From the NCBI GenBank assembly GCA_010909165.1, contig VJWM01000328.1, forward strand, positions 2,466 through 66,465: a stretch of 64,000 nt of DNA, in the 5' to 3' direction. The stretch is from Anthoceros angustus. Lineage: Eukaryota; Plantae; Anthocerotophyta. Of the stretch, positions 60,770 through 64,000 are shown piece by piece. The position numbers were made by a program, and so were the translations under genes. How positions within the stretch are numbered: the stretch's first letter is position 1; each line of letters begins with the position of its first letter. Under the pieces are notes generated by a model that was given only the letters and a program-made list of their open reading frames with translations, searched no databases and was not told the origin of the DNA.

Positions 60770-62650
60770 ATGAGAGCCATACCGCCCTCCTCGCCGCCAA
60801 GCCCGAAGTTACGTGAATACGCACCGCGCATAACGGCGAATTCGGAGGCTCGTCCGCTGCGGGATCATTTGGTGTTTGAGGCACAACGATGCTGCGATCT
60901 GGAATTCTCGCGTGACGCCATCGCCGCAAGCTCCCCAACGCTTTCTGACGTGTTTCATTGACGGAGAGGTGTATTTCTTCCCAAAGCGTGGATTTGGTCC
61001 TCCGTCCGGATTTGATGATGGTTGTTGGGCGCAGGACATGGCGAGGACGCCAAGCAAAAAGGACTGCCGACATTGGACCGCCACATGGTGCCCTACCGAG
61101 AAGCCCCAAGGCGTAAGAAGGAAAGAAATGTAAGGATGCGTGTTGTTGAGAAGATCCACCCCGATGATTAGGGTGCCGGCTCTGGAAGCCAATCATTGCA
61201 CCGGAGGAGCATCTTGTTGGGGAGCGGGAGAGGAGGAACAAAGTGGTCGCCTGCAAAGGCAAGCACAACCAAAGCAACGGGGCGTGTGGAGAAGCGTGGT
61301 ATATCCAGAACACGCCGTGTGTTCCGCACTAAACCCATCCCCCTACACGATGTCGAGACGGTGCAGCCCGAGGCACACAACCAAGGACACCTCGGAGCAA
61401 GATTGATTTTGACAGATCAAGAGCCGGACGAAGACAATGTAGTGTGGACTCCTATGTCAAGCTCGATTTTTGGGTATAACGGTGCCGCAAACCAAAGAGC
61501 AAGAGCAAAGTTGGGTTTTGTGGGCAACTATGGATGCAGGTGGAGATCTCAAGTCCGACTTTGCACATCACGGCCGTGATGAATTTGAGGCATCGCCACA
61601 GCAGATGATTACACCGTGTTGAAACTAGCATGCTTGCATGTAAAGAAGTGTGAGCCAAAACAATGCCTTTTATACTTTCCGGGAGGCTTATGGGATGTAA
61701 TGATACATTTTCATGTGGTTGCGAATGTTTATGCGTTCGCGTGCATGAGCTACATTCTAATATCGTGGATGTTTGTTTGCTCACCAAATCTTTCTACAGA
61801 CAGTGAAGCCATCACGAACTCAATTGTGAGTCACCAAGGGAAATGTCATGGAGAACACGCTGTGACTTCCACTTTTGCTTTGGATTTTGAGGATGACGAG
61901 GTGGAGTTCGTCCTTCCGATGAGGAGGATGGGCCTATCCTCAAATCCCTGGCCACTCATGTGGAGGCATCCAAGAGGAGGAGGACCGCGAGAAGGGCGAG
62001 GAGGAGAGGGAAAGTATTCAGCCATGCTATATGTTACGAGCAAATTGGGGCAGGAAGAAGGGCGGATTACGCACCTCCAGACATTCCCAAGGACGCCGGC
62101 ACCAGCACCATGGGCGAGTCCCCATTCCCCGCCAGATTTGACAACAGAGTCCTGAACCCCAAGCCCATCCCAAGAAAAGAGAAGACGGGGACGGACAATA
62201 TTCGCAGCAGATGAGTGCAGATGTCGAGTGTGGTGGCCGCATGCCGCGCCCGTGATGGTGCCGCCGATGAGGTTACGCCGCATGCCGGCGCCACCGTCCC
62301 GGCTGGCAGGGCGCCGCATGCCGGGCGCAGACCGCACTCGGGTTGATGAGGGCGCCGCATGCCGGGCGCCTGTGAAGGTCCACAAGGTGATGAGGAGGGG
62401 CGCCGCATGCCGCCCGTGAAGGTGCACCGATCGATGAAGACGGCGCTGCATGCCGGGTGCGGAAGTGCACCGCCGAGGAGACGGCGCCGGCATGCCGGGC
62501 GCCTCGTGAAGGTGCACATGGCCGGGAGGGGCGCTGCATGCCGCGCCTGTCTGGAAGGTGCAGATGTCGATGAGGAGGGGCTGCCACGTCGCGCTCGAAC
62601 GTCGGCGCAGTCGATGAGGACGCCGGCAAGCCTGCCGCCTGCTTGGAAGG
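60770..62650 (+). pseudogene. Element C cargo gene, N-terminal part only (ParB and MTase domains absent)
   Basis: VWTPM...GAANQRARA matches NWTPM...GALPNQRARA of element B, followed by an acidic patch and a GCATGC palindrome array. Confidence 0.6.
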
Positions 62651-63125
62651 CGTACTCACATTCTTTCCGTGACAAGTGAGCAGGACAAAGTAGTCGTGGA
62701 TGTAATGGAGTATGGGACAAGAAGTCGCCTCTCCAAAAATGCCTCTTTCAAGACGATATCTATGTTGAAAACGCATGACATATGGGTTGCCATTGTCGGA
62801 TCAAGATACTGACGGAGAATGCGCATCGTTCGACGCTCCATGGTGACCACATGGGTACTGCACTTCTAAAAGGAGTGTTTTTTGTTTTGTGTTTAAGTTG
62901 AGAATCGTGGTGGAGTTGGAATGTGAAGTAGGTTAGGAATAAGAAAAGTCTACTAGAGCCTAGTAGGAGGAAGAGAGTCTAGTCCCGATCCCGGATGTAA
63001 CCTTGAGGTTGGTCGCTCGGTTAACGCTGGCCGCTAGCCGATGCTGTGACAAGATGAACCGACTGGGAGCCTGCTATGGTAGCAACCAAGTCGGAGTTAT
63101 TTTCCGATAAATGGAAAACCTAATT

Positions 63126-63309
63126 CGACGATGGCGCGGGCTTCGGCAATTTCCGAATTGAAGCGGCGGTCGGCCTCGGTTTTGTCGATCACCTCGCCGG
63201 CGAACTTGGCCTTCGTGCCGTAGCCGTTGGTGTATTGCGCGTAGTCCCAATCCGCCTTGGGCGTGAAGCCCTCGAAGCCCCGGATCGCGTCGAGATAATT
63301 CGCCGTCAT
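63126..63309 (-). pseudogene. Bacterial lysozyme-like (GH24-like) gene, 3'-truncated at the junction
   Basis: MTANYLDAIRGFEGFTPKADWDYAQYTNGYGTKA...EADRRF; protein-like sequence and bacterial codon usage end at AIVE. Confidence 0.75.
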
Positions 63310-63578
63310 TGCATGAACCGCCGCAGCATTGCCTTTTCGGCAAGAGCTAACCGATCACGCTTGCCTCGCGCTGACCATCTGCAACCGTCGAGAAATCATC
63401 CGCCTAGAGTCGGTTGCAGGACGGACCTCACCTGGAGACTTCAAACAAAAGCGCAATCTCATGACAATAATACAGGATTTCTGAACACGGTTAACTCGAA
63501 ACTAAGCAACTGAACGTATTTCATCAGTATTCGTATTTTCCACACGGCCATGAGGGCCAGCTTGTTCCAGAGGGCGCC

Positions 63579-64000
63579 ATGAAAGTCTCCAATCTCAAAA
63601 TCGTATACAAAGTCCTGCTGCTGCTCACGGCACTGGCAGCCGTGACCCTGTTCGCCACGGTCTACACGACGTCGCACATGACGAGCATGACCAAGACGTA
63701 CTCGCAGCTAGCTGAGGAGGACTATCCAGGGCTCGTCAGCCTCACCCGCGCCAACCGCTTCCTCGCCAGCACGATGAACCATGTCTTCCGCGTCATTGCC
63801 TACGACGACAAGGAGACCAAGGCATCCGCGACGGAAGATTTTGAAAGACGCTGCAGAACTTGAAGACTGCCCTGTCGGATGCTGAACAGATCGATCTGTC
63901 GTCAAAGGCAGAGTACAACGCGTTCTTGCAGGAGGTTGATCGGCTCGATCCAAGTCTGCGGCAAATCGTTAAGGTCGGTTCCGGCGACCAAAGACAGGAA
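63579..64000 (+). CDS. Bacterial chemoreceptor/MCP-like protein, N-terminus (TM helix plus four-helix sensor domain), running off the window
   Basis: AGAGGG RBS upstream; MKVSNLKIVYKVLLLLTALAAVTLFATVY; a single-base loss near 63848 restores KTLQNLKTALSDAEQID. Confidence 0.75.

Larger units (their letters stand above)
58220..62860. mobile_element. Element C: partial, internally deleted member of the element B family
   Basis: Terminus ATAATATTTGAAGCGGCTGAATATACA at 58220 matches the element B TIR; the subterminal region is homologous to 45096-45420; no right TIR seen. Confidence 0.8.

Noticed and set aside
47762-62550. CRISPR array call for the palindrome-spacer blocks
   Set aside because: Eukaryotic TE context, no cas genes, variable repeat and spacer lengths, and spacers that resemble each other.
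63120-63130. Restriction-ligation (AATT or CATG) origin of junctions
   Set aside because: These 4-mers are too common to be evidence, and the AATT at 33440/57594 is explained as a TSD.

Overview
Eukaryotic nuclear DNA from what looks like a non-seed land plant (inferred from compact introns and plant-type genes; species not determinable). The window has four zones. (1) 1-5.3 kb: Ty3/Gypsy integrase remnant with a probable LTR, plus a MULE-type remnant. (2) 6.7-21.1 kb: a clean, gene-dense block with CTNNBL1, short tRNase Z (TRZ1), LST8, an EMB1417/At4g21190-like PPR gene, mitochondrial ATP synthase subunit f and an unannotated 149-aa five-exon gene. (3) 21.6-63 kb: a frameshift-rich nested transposon pile. 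It contains a Gypsy-like element carrying a truncated C5 DNA methyltransferase, and a Copia element whose gag is split by a 24.15-kb TIR element (17-bp TIR, AATT target duplication, Sola1-like DDE transposase). That element, and a second family nested inside its transposase, each carry a divergently oriented cargo gene with a ParB-like domain and a beta-class N4C/N6A DNA methyltransferase-like domain. Each family is marked by its own CCGG-N4-CCGG palindrome. A third, partial copy of the second family sits in the same Copia. (4) The last ~0.9 kb is bacterial (lysozyme-like and chemoreceptor genes), joined mid-gene, most likely a chimera or contaminant. Zone 3 has many small indels that resemble long-read error, so gene boundaries there are approximate and functional status cannot be judged. 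All family assignments are from motif recognition by eye; no database search was run.
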